Shown piece after piece: positions 16,701 to 31,886 of a stretch of 64,000 nt of DNA. The notes under the pieces are model-generated. The model ran no database searches. It had not been told where the DNA came from and saw only the letters and a program-made list of their open reading frames with translations. The stretch's first letter is position 1. Each line of letters begins with the position of its first letter. Source of the DNA: Hormiphora californensis (lineage: Eukaryota > Animalia > Ctenophora); the NCBI GenBank assembly GCA_020137815.1, contig CM035355.1, positions 868,001 to 932,000 on the forward strand. Direction: 5' to 3'. Position numbers and translations under genes: made by a program.

Positions 16701-17542
16701 ACCAAGACAGGAAAGCTCTCCTTGACACTTGAATCCGGGGAATCGCTCTTACAGATGTGGAGAGTGTGCTGGCCTGTCTTTTCACATCGGGTTAACACTA
16801 CCCATCTACTTGTTATCTTCTGCAGGGGGAGCATGTGTTAACTAGAGTTGGCAGTTAAAAATTGGGAGGAAGGGGTGGGTCAGATCGAACTGTGTCTCTT
16901 CTAAATGAACACACAGGTGGTTTATGCTTACCTTGGGTCGTTTTAGCTTGGTGACAGAGTTATCAATATAAGTTCCCAGAACACCCTGTCTTACAACGTG
17001 AACTTGGTCCTGCGGATGGAAAATGTGGTTAGTTACCATAGCAACAGGGATAAGTGGTTAGTTACCATAGCAACAGGGATAAGTGGTTAGCACTTAGCTA
17101 GCGTTAGTTACCGATTAAAACGTTAGGTACATACTGACAACACACAGATTTGACAGGTTTAAGACAGGTTTAAGTGATTAGTTTGTGTGGTATTGGGTGA
17201 TAATCAGAATTGAGGTTAAATCCAATCAATCAAGAATATGTATCCAATTAGATAAAGCTGTCAAGTAATAAGAAAGGTGTCATATTCCCGAATTCCCAAA
17301 CTCGCCCAGAAAACTCACACAATCAGTGGATCTCTATTTATCAAACTCTCACTATATCAGTGGATCTCTATTTATCAAACAATCACTATATCAGTGGATC
17401 TCTATTCATTAAACAATCACTATATATCAGTGGGTTCAAAACACCATCCCACCTGAGAAGTAGTCACATAGAACTGGGGTCTATCAAGACCAGTCCATGT
17501 TGACCCATTGGCAAGGGCTTTCAATGTGGCACTTCTAGACAT
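13716..17542 (-). CDS. DOK/IRS-family docking protein (~518 aa): PH domain, IRS-type PTB domain and Tyr-motif tail. Exons 17542-17453, 17009-16932, 16819-16703, 16085-15914, 15746-15606, 14927-14785, 14632-14360, 14258-13716
   Basis: All GT-AG junctions are phase-consistent with no stops. PH motifs VVRQGVL...SRWVVL...LYLSTPTRADCKGWMCSI. PTB motif GDCMLVLTPDCIALL...LRKWPYFVLKS. Tail carries YEQM, YEDM, YINM, YEYI, YMNS. Confidence 0.85.
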
Positions 17543-18166
17543 ACTGTGTAACAAGAGGGAGATGAGAAAGATGCTACTAATACAAGAGATGGTGTTTGTA
17601 CCATTTTCTATCTACTACAGTTTGTAGGTATCATGAGATCTATAGAATGCTACAAAGCAGGCGACTAACTGGCGTTGGCAGAAAACAAGCAAATGAAGAC
17701 AACAAAAGGACGGGGGGACAGAGAGAGGGAGAAGAAACAAACACCACAATGGGAGAGAGATAAGATGTGTGAGGGGACTGAAACTCGAGAGGAGAAGGAA
17801 GTCTGGGTTGATAGAGAATTAGGCCGCTACTCTTCCCCTAGTTATCCCCTTCTCTCTCACTTCTCTCTCTGTCACATTTCCTATGCCGACTTCACACAAT
17901 CACCTCGCCAATTAGAACCTCACTTCTCTCTCCCTAAGTAGCGGCCGCTCTCAGTAGTCTCGAGACACAACTTCTCTGTCCTGGACAGTCGAATTCTCCG
18001 AAATGGTCTCTCTCGCTCCAGTGTGGCAAATTACAACAAATCTATCGCCCCATCGACTGTCTTGCCACTCTTCACGTGATCTGAGATTGTACACATGTGT
18101 AATGGCTTTAGTACCGCCGCTCCCCTGGGCAAACAAAGTGGAGCAAAGCAAACAATACTCCACATC

Positions 18167-18246
<80 letters not shown>

Positions 18247-19437
18247 ATCTCTCTCTCTCTCTCTATCTCTCTCTCTGTCTCTCTCATTCATTGGCCACGC
18301 ACACTTGCCTTACGTGCACTCGACTTGAAAACATGCACCAAAGTTTCGGTCGAAGGACAGAATTGAGAAAGATAGAGAGAAAGGAAGATAGATAAAAAAG
18401 AAGAAGCTGTCTTGGTGTATCAGACATTATTATGCGGTATATAGAATCTCTACTAGCGATAGATCGACCGGTAGATCATGAAATTACGGATAATCGATAG
18501 AGATAGAGAGATAGGGGGAGAGAAAGAGATAGAGTCAGAGAGATAGAGATAGAGAGATAGAAAGATCAGGAATATCGATCACAAAAAGGATGGATAGGAG
18601 GACACAGATTGATTGAAGAGAGGGATAATGCGTGCTATCGTAACTGCTCTGTAACTAAAACAATCGGTATGATCAGGAGGAATCAAGAAGAGAGGAACTC
18701 AGTCACCACAAAGTGGTACCGAGAGAAAGGTAGCAGCGGAGGAACACAAATATCGAGCAGGAGGGGAGAGTTTTTGGAGAGTGTGTTCCCTTGAGAAAAG
18801 GGACGGTGGAGCGGAAGAGACACGTGCCTAATGACTCCTCAACCCCACATGTGTAGGGGAGAGGAAGGGTGGGGAGTTATAAACTGAATAAAAAGTTGGC
18901 AACCCCACTCTCTCTTGTTGAGTAGGGGGTTGGAGATTCAACCCAACTCCCCCTGCAAATATAAAGATGGGATACGGGGAAACTGCATATAATGTACGAA
19001 CCCGGGTTCTGAAAGAGGCCGTCCTGCGAAGAAGACTGTTTGTCGAATACAATCCCACCATGTCTCGAGACATTGTATTCCCATACAAGAAGAGTAAAGA
19101 GAAGGAAGAGAAGGGAAGATGAGCGTTCTTTCACTGCCAATTTTTGTTTGCAACGGAAAGGGGGGCTCTCGCTACCCCTCTTGTAATATTTGATACCTTG
19201 GTGAGAATCGCATGAAAACTAGTATGAGAGAAAAGTGTGTGTGTGTATTTTGACGTGACGGACCTAAACCTGCTTCCGGCTACCTGTTCAATCACAGCTA
19301 AATGGATGGAAACACCTTCTCAGCAATCAACCCTCGCAACAAAACAGATAAACGTGTCGTTTTTATTGTCAGTTACTGTCCCTGTGATTGTTCTAGATTA
19401 TTTTATAGGTATGTCGCGAGTTAGTAAGCTATTTTCA

Positions 19438-19584
19438 GTCAGTCAGTCAGTCAGTCAGTCAGTCAGTCAGTCAGTCAGTCAGTCAGTCAGTCAGTCAGTC
19501 AGTCAGTCAGTCAGTCAGTCAGTCAGTCAGTCAGTCAGTTAGTCAGTCAGTCAGTCAGTCAGTCAGTCAGTCAGTCAGTCAGTC
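19438..19584. repeat. (TCAG)n microsatellite
   Basis: Directly visible. Confidence 0.99.
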
Positions 19585-21447
19585 TATAACTCAGTCAATC
19601 ACTCAGTCACGCAGTGTATTATGAATATGATCTCTTCATTTCTATTTCTTCTGTATAGTGTCATTAGGCATTTAGATTTTCATCCCCATAGTACTCATTC
19701 CTAGTTGCTTCCCAGTTTCACCCCGGCTTCACCGTTCCTTTTATCAGTTTCTGGGAGGTGTGTGCTTCTATATATGCTTCCCCTCGCCTCGGCCACTATT
19801 CTATTGTTTTTATTTCTAGGCTGGACCTCTCCTCAGTTCCCTCTGCCTCAGTCCCTACTTTCATAGCAGGCGCCAGGCATGTTTCGTACCTTCCGCTTCA
19901 ATCATGGATCGGGTCATTGGTTGCTTATTCATCATATCTCCTTCCCGCCACTCTTCCTTTCCGGTGTTCGCCCCCTAGGTGCCTGCTAGTCTGCAAGATT
20001 GGCACGTGACCTTCGGTGTTTAATTTATAGAGAGAGTTTTGTTTATAAACATGTATGGGTCAACGTGGGAAAGGGAGGTGCCATTTTCATAGAGTAGGTA
20101 GTCGAGGGGTCTCGTTATAGATATTACAGTTATCACTGACCCGCTTACAATTCTTTTTTCAGGCAAGAATATTCTATCATTATGATAGTATCATATTTCA
20201 GGTGTCTACCACTTCTCATATCAGTAATACCTATCTGTACATGCGCAGGGCAAAACTCCCGAGTGGAGAACCATTCATTGCACCCCCCCCATTCTCATTT
20301 TTAGGTACGACACAGAGGAGACGCGCGTGAGCTAAAGGAAGACGTACTCTAAGAGATAGAGAGTGTAGAGATATATATATCTAGCTGAAGATGATACTAC
20401 GTGAAGATAGAGCAGCAGAGAGAGAGAGAGAAGATAGTGATAGAGATAGAGAGATGAGAGAGAGAGAGAATAATCTTTTGTTGAGTTTAAAACATCTGTG
20501 ACCGTGTGTATCGTATGGCGCTGAGAGATACCCACGTATTTCCTAAGGGGTCTCCGACAAGTTAAAACGGTGGAAAGTTGGTATAAAACACGTGTGTGCA
20601 CTAAACTGGAACGGAGAGCTTATCTTCTGATTAGAAACGTCATGGACTTTCAACGGAACAAAATCACAAATTCAACATATTGTTATTTGTTGACTTTTCA
20701 CTTGTCTAGTTCAGAATCTCGACTTAGATTAGAATTAGACACAGAAAACACGTCTGAAACTCTCAGACACTGAACAGAAACATTGGGGGAGACTGGAGTG
20801 TGAGGGTGTAATAATTGTAGGTGTTGAATGAAGGTGGGTTAACAAACTGAACGGAACAGTGGAAATTAGTATGAAGGTGTGTTACTGTAAATGATAGCTA
20901 ACAGGGGTCAAAGTGTCAGCACCAGATTTAAACAGACCCCTATCTGGTTCTGTGGTGCATCACATGTCTGTGTCAATGATCCCAACCAACTGTCACCATT
21001 CTTCTAGTACCCCCAATTCTATCACTCTCCCAGCTACATCTTTTTGTGTTAGAACTTTCTTGTGTAACAAACTGCACTCTGTGTAGGTTGAAGCTCGTGT
21101 CTTATACAGACACAGTTGTATGTTCCTTTGACATGGCTTCAGTCTCACCCGCGCTTAGAGATCGGGGGTTTTTAACACTTCTTATAATGCACCCGTATGT
21201 TTTTACACTGCCAAGTCTAACCCAAAATGTAGTAGTCAAGATTTGCACTGTACATTATGAAACTGCAGTTTTGACAGTGAAAATATCACCAAGATTATCA
21301 TCGTCGCCATATAATATGAAAATACCCTGCCTAAATGTTTGGTAACTAAACAAAAGTTTAAAACACCTGGATTTAATAATTCATTTTATTTTTTTATTTG
21401 ATTTTAAAAGTTTATCACAGACTAAACGTACAAATCCCGTAACATAC

Positions 21448-21522
21448 CTTGTGTATCTGGGGGTGACGGGTACATCTGACTGGTACCTCATGAAAGGTAC
21501 ACGATCGCTTCCGACGGAACAT
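21448..21522 (-). CDS. Candidate alternative first coding exon of the DOK/IRS-like gene (MFRRKRSCTFHEVPVRCTRHPQIHK)
   Basis: ATG to a strong AAG|GTATGT donor is exactly 75 nt, phase 0, compatible with the exon starting at 17009. Confidence 0.5.
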
Positions 21523-21833
21523 GTGGAGTTTAACTCGCAGCTACCATAATTGGAGTTTTAGTGATTGGACAAAACAAGAACAGGACTGAAATCCGGCTTT
21601 TGAACAGTTCATAATGAATGGGGGAGACCGCACAAGAGCTTCTGAACAATTTAAAGTGATAAAGCAGATACTGCAGGGACGCCAATGACGTCTGTAAATA
21701 GCAACTACAGTTAGCAATTTAAGGAGTGAAATGAAAATGGAACAGGAGAAATATTGCCTCCCAGAGACAATGAGCAAGAATGAACAGGAAAGAAAGGGTG
21801 GACTGAGATACAGCAGTGTGATGATGATGAGAG

Positions 21834-21923
<90 letters not shown>

Positions 21924-22976
21924 CTCCTCACCTATGTGCTAGAAGTATATCCTGCAGATGAGAGGAAGACGGCATAAAAAGTATGAGAGAGAGTTTAGTG
22001 GAGGAAATGCGATAGCAAATGGGAAGTCATCGTTCATGATTCATCGTTCATCGTGATGTAATCTAATTATGTGTGCTAATTAACCTAAAATTAACAACTT
22101 CACTCTGTCAGCGTGGCAACATTCAATTAGTCATATTTTAGTCATTTCCAACCTCCCGGATTTGTTTTGTCCAGCCATGTATTTTAGGAGAGAGAGAGAT
22201 AGAGAAAGAGAGAGGAGGAGAGAGAGAGAAGATGATGAGGAGAGAGAGAGAAGAGAGAGATGAGAGACTGAGAGAGAGAAAAAGGGGGAGTGGAGAAGAG
22301 AGATGAGATAGAGAGAGATATAGAATATAGATAGAGAGAGAACTGACAAGATAGAAAGATAGAGAGAGGAAGGAGGGAGAGAATGGTGAGACGAGGCGTA
22401 TTATGTAGATCAGTTGCCCTAACTGATTAGAAAACCCCAAACAATAGTTACCCCATCTGCCTTGTCAGACTCACAATAGAGAACACAGAGTGATTAAAGG
22501 GCCTTTCTCTACATTAGGGGCAAACAATAGAGCTACAGAGAGAGGGGTGCAAGCTTCCCCAAGCACCACAAGTGCTTTGTCAGCTACATTGAAAGAGAGA
22601 TAGTTAACCTAGAAGGGGGAGAGATTACGTTGAAAGAATAATGGGCAATGGAACGGGGGAGAGAAAGAAGCTCTAAAAGAAGAAGGAGGAAAGAAAGTAC
22701 TCTGAAAAAAAGGACCTCTGATCTCCATTAGAAAAAGACTACACTCACTTGAGACCAAGCACTTGAGCCCCTGAGGTTCCCTATGCAATGTAGAAATGCA
22801 GTATCATGTTCGCACCAAGAGTGGGTATAGTATCATAGGACCACTAGCAAGATGTGATTGAAATAAACAAGAAGTGGGTAACTGAAAATCAAGGTTTGTT
22901 TACTATCTCTCTAGCACACTTGGTATGCAATAATTAGACAACCGTCTTCCAACAAGAACCTGCATGATAAGTACTG

Positions 22977-23060
<84 letters not shown>

Positions 23061-24699
23061 AGAGTGATAAACCATGAGAAAAACTAAGAACCGGAGTTAA
23101 ATTAGGGCACAAAAGAGCCAAAATCAGAGCCAGACTTCAGTGCTGCTGGTCCATATTGATGGAGCCTTAGCAAAATGATAAAACTGAGATTTCTAAAAAC
23201 TTTCAAACACCCCCTCTCTCCTAAATTGTATGCAGGGTGGGGGTTTGCAGCATGGACCCTGGAAGCACGTGTGGCTTATTAACACTACTCTCTTTATCTC
23301 ACTCAAGGGTGACCTAAGGACGGTCGTGAAGAGGTGATAAAGGGTGAATTGAAATTGGAAAAGAGATAGAACGCTAAAATGGTAAGCCAGAGGTGTAACA
23401 GCAGAGTGAGACGGCAGAGGCAAGAGAGATTGACAAATACATGCAGAAGAATCCTTTGACGTAAATCGGACCACGGAGAAAGATGCATATATTTCTTGCT
23501 ATATGAGGACTAGAATAGAGTACGAAGGAAACTTTTAGAAAGTCGGGAGTCTGTGACAGAAGGAGACAGATGGAACGAATTCAGACTCTATAGTGTATTT
23601 GATGTGACAGATTCACACAATGTAAACAGAGGGCTAGCGGTAAGGGTTGGATGGTGTTTTAATGACAAATTTAAATGGTCTGGAAATGAGGGGAGATGTG
23701 GTATAAGCGGGGAGGGACCGGGGAAGGGAGGAGAAAAGCTAATCCATAAAAAAAAAAAAAAAAAAAAACAAAATTAGCAACACTCTCTCACACAAAACTA
23801 AGATTCTAAATCTAGAAATAAATTAATGACAGCCGAGTCGACGGTAAGCTTGGAACGTGAACAGGAAACTACTCAGTTTTACAATTTTACAACGCTACTG
23901 TATTACTACTATAGTAGCAGGAAAAATGAATTTTAGATACCGCATGCCAAAACGCAGAAATTTAAACTCTATCTTCCCTCCCTCTGTCTCCTCGATCCCT
24001 CTTCTTTTTAGAAACCTTTCCCCCATCTATGTGTGACCTTTTTTAAAACCAAAAAGCGAGATCCGTTCTCCCCACCTCAAACCCCCCCCCCCCCCCCCCC
24101 CCCCCCTGTTTTAGAAAAGGGGGGGGGCCCCCCCCCCCATTTTTTTTTTTGGGGCCCCTTTTAACCCCCCCCCCCCCTTTTTTTTTTTCCCCCCCCTTTT
24201 TCCCCCCCTTTTTTTTTTTTTCCCCCTCCTCTCTCTCTCTCTCTCCTCTCTATTTTTTTCCCCTTTTTTCCCCCCCCCCCCTTTTTCCCCCTTTTTTTCT
24301 CTTTTTTCCTTTCTTTCTCCCTTTCCCCTTCTTTTTCCCCCTTTTTCTTCTCTCTTTTTCTCTCTTATTCTAACCCCCCGTGACCCCGAAACTAACAAGT
24401 AAGTTTCGTTTTTAATGAACACTAATCAGGGAGGGGTGGGAAAGAACAAGAACGAGATAGAAAGAACAACCTCGGGTCTGAGAACCAGATTTACAAATTA
24501 TAAACCCCACCGAGATATTGAGCAGAGATACTAGCTAGAAATGTACTGGTTATCATGAGAGAATCAGGAAAATAGGGACACTGGAACCGAGATACAAGTC
24601 GCATGGCGTGGTCAGGGTGTATGGAAAGTGCTGTGAAATGAACTGTATTGGTGGGATTGTTGCTGCAAGATTTCCCATGAAATGAGGAGGAAGTCAAGG

Positions 24700-24773
<74 letters not shown>

Positions 24774-25834
24774 AAGAGAGAGAGATCTATCAATTCATTG
24801 TTTGTAGCACACAGTCATGTGTGATCCTGTTAGAATCTTGAGCGCTGGAAAGGGCTTTTGAAAGAAGATAATATCCTATTTTTGATTTCCTACAATCCTA
24901 TTTCTGTGGCAATGTTATTGTTTTTCTGTTTGTTTCTTTGTTGTACAAATTGCAACTAAGGTTGTTATGGTACGACTATTTTTCAGTTTCCGCCTCATGC
25001 CAAAAGTCTTATCTCGTCTCACCGGAGTCCTATTTTTTATCTCCCTCCGGCTCCCGGCACCATGTCACTGTGCATGGGTAATTTCGGTGGCTCCAAGAGT
25101 CTTTCTCTTCCGGGGGGGTCATAATATGTGAATGATGTATAAAAGTAGAGTGTGCGAGAGAGAAAATGAGAGAACCAAGGGGCTTGATAAGTTAGGTGCT
25201 AGGTACGAAGTGTTATCCCTCCGAAATTAATTAATAATGCAACATAATAACCCTGGAAGATGAGTGTTGAACTTGCCAGGGTGTGTGACTTGTGGTGTGT
25301 TGTGTAATGATCATAGAAAGGGAGGATGGCCAGAAAGAGACACGAATCAGTGGAGGAAGGGAACGATTGGCGGCGGCTCTAGATAATGAAAGGTCTAGAT
25401 AAAAGTGGTACTAAAACTTCAGAGAGAGAGGTTAGAAAACATTTGGGAGGGGTGAGATATGGGACCCATGTCTAATTGGGCGTGAATGAATTGTGTAGCA
25501 TGCGTGAAGAATGGTACAGGGCGGTGCTAAAAATGCTGAACGAAGACCACAGAAATACCAACAATGAATTCTGTTGTACTTACAACGTTTTTATCATATT
25601 TCTCATGTTGGAGGGTGCCACCGGTTGCACCACACTTCTTTGAGAGAGTGAGGGTAACCATGGTAACAGCTTAGGATATAATGGTAACCATGGTAACCAG
25701 TTCAAAGTAAAGGAAGAGAGATGTTTTTAACAAAAACCGACAAACAACAAGAAGAGAAGCCGCCAAAAATGATCTGAACCTTTAGAGGATACCAGATGCA
25801 TGCCATGAGTATAGTAATTACTGTCGAGCGGGTG

Positions 25835-25900
<66 letters not shown>

Positions 25901-26521
25901 TAGAGTGAGAGAGAGAAAGAGAGAGAGGGAGAGAGAAAAAGAGAGAGAGAGAGAGAGGGAGTGAGATACCTTAGAGAAATGACCATTTGCTCCTGTAGCC
26001 TGACACCTATCAATGTAGCTTTCTTTCCGAGCCGCTAAAGTCTCGCTACAACATCTCTCTATTTTTCTCATTTTCGTTCATCAAAGAACGCCTTCATTTT
26101 CAATTTCAATCAGGAATCTCTCTCTTTCTCCCCCATGTCTCTCTCTCTCCTCCCATGTCTCTCCCTGTGATCGGGAGAAGGCGTGTGCCCTAATGGATCA
26201 ATCAAGCTTCAGGGTGTAGCTCGACAATTCATTGAATAAGCAAATGAAAAAAGGGGGGCCTGGTAATGGGGGAAAGTGTTACAGCCTCGGGGTGCTCCAC
26301 AGTATTAAAGGATCGATATTTTTGGAAAATGGGGACCGATCTAGGAGAACTGGGAGAGGTAAGAATTTGATTGTCAAACTTGGCAGAGGAGAAAACATTT
26401 AATAATTCACGTGCCCTATTCTACAAACTACGCTGTCATAGGTAGATGGCAGTGTGAACCAAACACAAGACAGAAAAACAGAGAATTGACAGTGTGATAG
26501 AGACTGAGAGAGAGAGAGAGG

Positions 26522-26615
<94 letters not shown>

Positions 26616-29127
26616 TAGTCATGGGTAAATAGCAAATTGTGGGCAATTGAAAGAATTAACCAAACAACTTCTGCAGGCTTAGTTGCACGATGTAGTTGTT
26701 AATTAAAAACTAAGAGAGAAGGATAGCAAACTGAGAGAGTGAGAGAAGGAGGGAAAGATAGAGACAAGAAACGACAGAGAGAAAAACAGAGCACAATTGC
26801 CTGGGCGTGTGTGTTGTTTAGAAGTTGATCAATAGGCCGATCAAGAAAAGAACTCGTTTTCAGAAATGATGAGTGTTTAGTAGAATCCCGTGAGGTCGTT
26901 TTGATCGATATCCTGATCTCACAGCCATTAAACGGGGAGCCCAATCAGATTGTTACAAAGTACACTTTGTCTAGGGAAAAGGGTTTCAAAAAAAAAAAAG
27001 GGGGGGGGGGGAAGAGGTGAAGGAAGAGAGAGGAATGGATTAGAAAAGGGGGGCCGAGAGAGAGGAGAGAGAGAGAGAGGGGAAGAAAAAGGGGAAGGAG
27101 GGGATAGAGAGAGGGGAGAGAGTGAGTCACAGACATAGAAAAGGGGGAACGGAGCCATTTCCTGCCCCATTTAATTGGTGGGTCATAATTAACGTAATTA
27201 CAGCTCCAGAGAGTGAGAAACATTCCTTCCTCTCTTCCCCCCCAACCTCCCTCCCCTCTCTTCTCCACTCTCTCTTTCTCCCAAACTATCTCTCTCTTTC
27301 TCTCCTTCTCTTTCTCCACTATTATCTCTCTCTCCTCTCTCTCCTCTTCGGTAATCTCTTAGGCTCCCCTTCTCCCCCTCCCCCATTAACCCCCCTTCTC
27401 ATAAAACAATAGCTGATATATTGGGGAGGGAGTACCTTCCTACTACTACATCTGCAGGCCCCCTCCCTTGTTGTGAGACTCCCAATGAATTTTTCTTCTA
27501 CCCCCAAAAAAAACCCTAATTTTTCCTTTCTATCAAAAACAAAACCAAAGTAAAACTATTTGCCTACCAGACTCTGCGGCTAATAAACAATCAACCGACC
27601 CCGAAAGTAAAATTTAAACCCAAAACTGAACCCGGGCATAAGAATGTAATTGTTTTCCTACTTTAGGGGTCAGACTATACATAAATTTTCTCTAGACAAC
27701 AAAATTTTAAATTTTTCCTCTCTCCTCTGATTTTTTCCTCTTTCCCTCTTTTTTTTTTTAAACCCTTCATCATGACCATTGAGAGATAGAGAACACATGA
27801 AATATAAGAAACAGAGGCAAGCAGACCGAGGACTAGAGAGGATTAGCAAAGGAAGACCCCTGAAATTAAAGTGGTTATTGGAAAAAGTCCTCACCAGAAC
27901 TATAAAGTTATCACCCCCCTTCTAGAACTCCGTTTATAGCCATGACGACAATATGTGCAACTACCAATTGCATTTTAGAACGTACTGTTCTTTTGAGGCG
28001 TAAAAAGCTCTCAGGGAAAAAACCACAAAGTCGGGGCAAACCCCCTTTTAATCAGGGTACCTGGTTCCAATCTTCCGGCTCAAAATACTTCTTTTGGTTA
28101 TCCAACATTAAACCCAGGTCGGTTTCCCTTTTGGTAGGTGGGTAATGGAATGTTGGTTAATTTCCCCCTAACAAAAGGGGAAAAAAAAAAACCGGGGGGG
28201 GAATCTGTTACTAACTATTATCATGCATAACTCTGCATATGATTCCCCCTCCTCCCGCTTAAAAACCTGGTTACACGTGGCGGCTGAAAACACGTCCTTC
28301 AAATTGAGATAGTTCTTTTGGGAAAACTATCATAAAAAGGAGGGTGAGAAAAAAGGGGGAGAGGGGAGAAGAGAGAGAGAGAGAGAAAAAAGGGGGAAAG
28401 AGGAGAGAGAGAGGGGGAGAGGGGGGAGGAAAGAAGAGGAGAAGGGGAAAGGGAATTTTTTTTTTAAAAAAAAGGGATAGCTTTTCCACTTAGAAAGCCC
28501 AAAAATTGCCCCCCTCCCCCGCAGAAAAGGGGTTTTTCTTTTTCCCCCGGGGATTGAGGTTAGATCCGTCCCCCTATAACACAAAAGGGGGAAAGCATTT
28601 TGTGGTTTTTAAGAACTGGGGCCACATATTATCTTCTTCAAGATGATCTCCTCTCTCCCCCTCCTCTCTCTTCTTCCTCCCCCTCTTTCCCCTTCCCCCC
28701 CTCCTCTACTCCCTCTCCCCCCCTTTCTCGGACAAATGTTCCCCCCCCCGAAGTCCCACCCCCAAAATTTGGTCCCCTCTTGGGCAGGGATCTTGTACGC
28801 CTCCCTCCCCTTTGAATTTTAGAAGGGTGAAGTTTGAGGTGGGGATAAGGGTTTAAAGGGGGGCAAAGATGGGGTGTAAAACGTGTAACAACAGATGTAA
28901 TAATTATGCCTACTAATAATATATGGCAACTGAATGCGTCACAAGTAACTGCGAAACGTCACATGGAGAGAGAGAGCAGAGTGCAAGTGAGGCAGCTGAG
29001 AAGGAGTGAGATATTGCAGCGAGTATAACGTGTGATGCAGCTGGTTGGTAAAGGCAAATAATTATGGGTAGGCAAATAGACATAAGGTATAAAACATAGA
29101 TAGGTGTAAGAGGGAGGGAAAGAGAGA

Positions 29128-29166
<39 letters not shown>

Positions 29167-29721
29167 GGATAGAGAGAGGGAGAGAGAGAGAGAGAGAGGG
29201 AGAGAGGGGGGTAACTTGTAGTTTCACACGGACATCAACAGCTTATAAACGGACCAAATGTTGTTCAGAGAAAGACTCTACAGCAGCTATATAGACACAA
29301 GTAGTACTGCAGCAGACACCCTAAGATAGATCGAGAGTTGTATTATTATTCTGAAGGAGGCACTATCATCACCATTGACAACGGATGTGCTAGCCAAAAT
29401 GAATCGGAATCAATTGACGTAAAAACCTCAAATGTATTGTAACCTAACTAGGAACGTTCATAATTTATCGTAATTTGTGAGTGATTGTGACAAAACAATA
29501 AACATGACGAGGTCACTGGACTAGAGCCAATAATGCTATTTGTATACACCTAGTATATCAGATACACACCAAGTATCAGACAGAATAATCGAAAAGGATC
29601 GATCACAATCAGGAACAATTAAAGAATGTTTCGGTAAAATCAGAAAAAGGTGATACCCAGTTCAGGATAGTATCCTAGCTCTACCATCATGATAATATCA
29701 CGGGTCTGCTGCTCTTCTTAC

Positions 29722-29802
29722 CTTGACATGGTAACTATCCAGAGAGTATACCCTCTTTCGAACATTCAGGGCCAGGGACTTCAGGTGTAACCGAGAAAAC
29801 AT
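29722..29802 (-). CDS. Candidate alternative first coding exon of the DOK/IRS-like gene (MFSRLHLKSLALNVRKRVYSLDSYHVK)
   Basis: Acceptor TTCCAG 5 nt before the ATG; 81 nt to an AAG|GTAAGA donor, phase 0. Confidence 0.55.
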
Positions 29803-30763
29803 GGTCACTGGAACATCATGAGAAAATGAGAGGGAGAGAGAGAGAGAGAGGCATGGATGGTTTTTGGAGGGAGAGAGACAAGATAAGAGGGTTGTACACA
29901 ACTAGCCGAAGGGGTCTTTTTTAATAAACGACGCTGCAGGAGCCAGGAGGAGGAGCAAGATAAAACACAACCCATGTTCGAAAGTTTGACAAAGCAAGGA
30001 AGAACTAGCATGCAGCATATTTTGCATTGTCTAGTTCTATTGAAAACGGTAAGAGTCTGATGTTTATTGACTGTCTGGGGGCTTCTAAAAAGCGGCTACT
30101 TTATATTTCATTGTATTTCCTGGGTTTTTTTTAATATGTGTGTTCTTCCCTCTCTGTGTAGCGTCAGTGAAAACACCATTTCACAGCTTTAATTGCACCA
30201 ATGGGGGTACCGATAGAGGGGCCATGAAAAAGAGATAGGGTTGTGTTTATCAGTGGAAAAGGGTACCGATGGGCGTTGGTATCAGTAGAAAGGGCGGGTA
30301 TCAACGCGTACCAGGCACCCATTGAGCTACCCCTTGTTTTGTTCAAACCGTGGAGCGGAGAGAGAGGGTGGAGCAAGCTGCCCCCCCTGGGAGTCCCCCT
30401 CTCTCTCATCACTATGTGGGTTGTTATCAGATCCAGTGTTACTCACTTCACACACACACCCACTTCACACCCACTTTACACCGTGTGTAGAGAGACACGT
30501 GTTCACAGGCTCTATGATCTTGAGAGAGGGGGACACGCCGCCACAGGGCAGCAGACTCGACAGATGACTAATTACCCCGTCAAATTGACAACTTCTTCTA
30601 TTGATCTATTGCCCAATATTAGAAATCAGCAGCAAAAACTCAAGATCTGGGCATCGACAAACACAGTCGCAGTGACATTTGACAAACAGTGATGTTTGAT
30701 AGTATCAAAATGATAACCGAGTGCTTTCTGTCACGTGTAGACAGGAAGAGAGAGTGAGAGAGA

Positions 30764-30824
<61 letters not shown>

Positions 30825-31757
30825 CAGGGAGATACTACGGCTTCTACTATCTGATAACAGTTACCAAATCCCTGTGCAGTTCATTTTCATCCTTCCTACA
30901 TCAACGAGAGAATCTGAACAAGTCAAATATAAGACTGATTTTGACGTTTAGAAGGTTGTAATTTCGATTGAGAAATATGTTTCGAAATATTCTGCACCAC
31001 CCTCACGCTAGAAGAAAGTCAGTCGTTCAACATAAAATTGCGAGCAAATGTCAGCCATGACTCCGAATAATGAATATGATGGGAGCATCGGAGAGAGGTA
31101 CACAGAACATCGGAGAGAGGGAACAAATTGTGATTGAGAGGAAAGAATTACTTCCTTGCTTCACTTGATTTATGATAAATTACTACGCCATCAAATCAAC
31201 TTCCCCAAAAGCTTCGCAATCTCTTGACAATCTCTTGACAGTGTCTAGTCTCTCTATTGAGAATAGTCGCACAATGAAATATAGCAAGTTTTACAAGGAG
31301 TGAGAATTGGGAGCTAGGGTCTATCACATCGCACACCCATGTTTGTTCTACAATAATTGCACACATGAACAACTTGCTCGGCCCTCACCACGTGAAGGAG
31401 GGTTAGAACAATGAACAACCACACCAACCACAACAATTTACAATGCACCACACATACTGACACACAGTAATATCTCTCATTCATTGGGTGCAGTGTGCAG
31501 GTTGTTCATGAACTACTCATGAAACATCTAAATGTAAACAATTACACCTCTTGTAACTTTGTGTAGATTCATCAGGCTACCCCACCCTACTTGTACCACT
31601 ACCATTTCAAAGATGTATTATACCGGGGATCCGAGGCCCGAGCCTTACTTATAATTATATTTTTCAATGTGTCCAATTAGCGCTTGTATATCGTTTTTCA
31701 ATTAACAGCACTCAAGGTTTTGATCAACTTAAGTATCTTGATTGAGAGAGAGAGATA

Positions 31758-31886
<129 letters not shown>

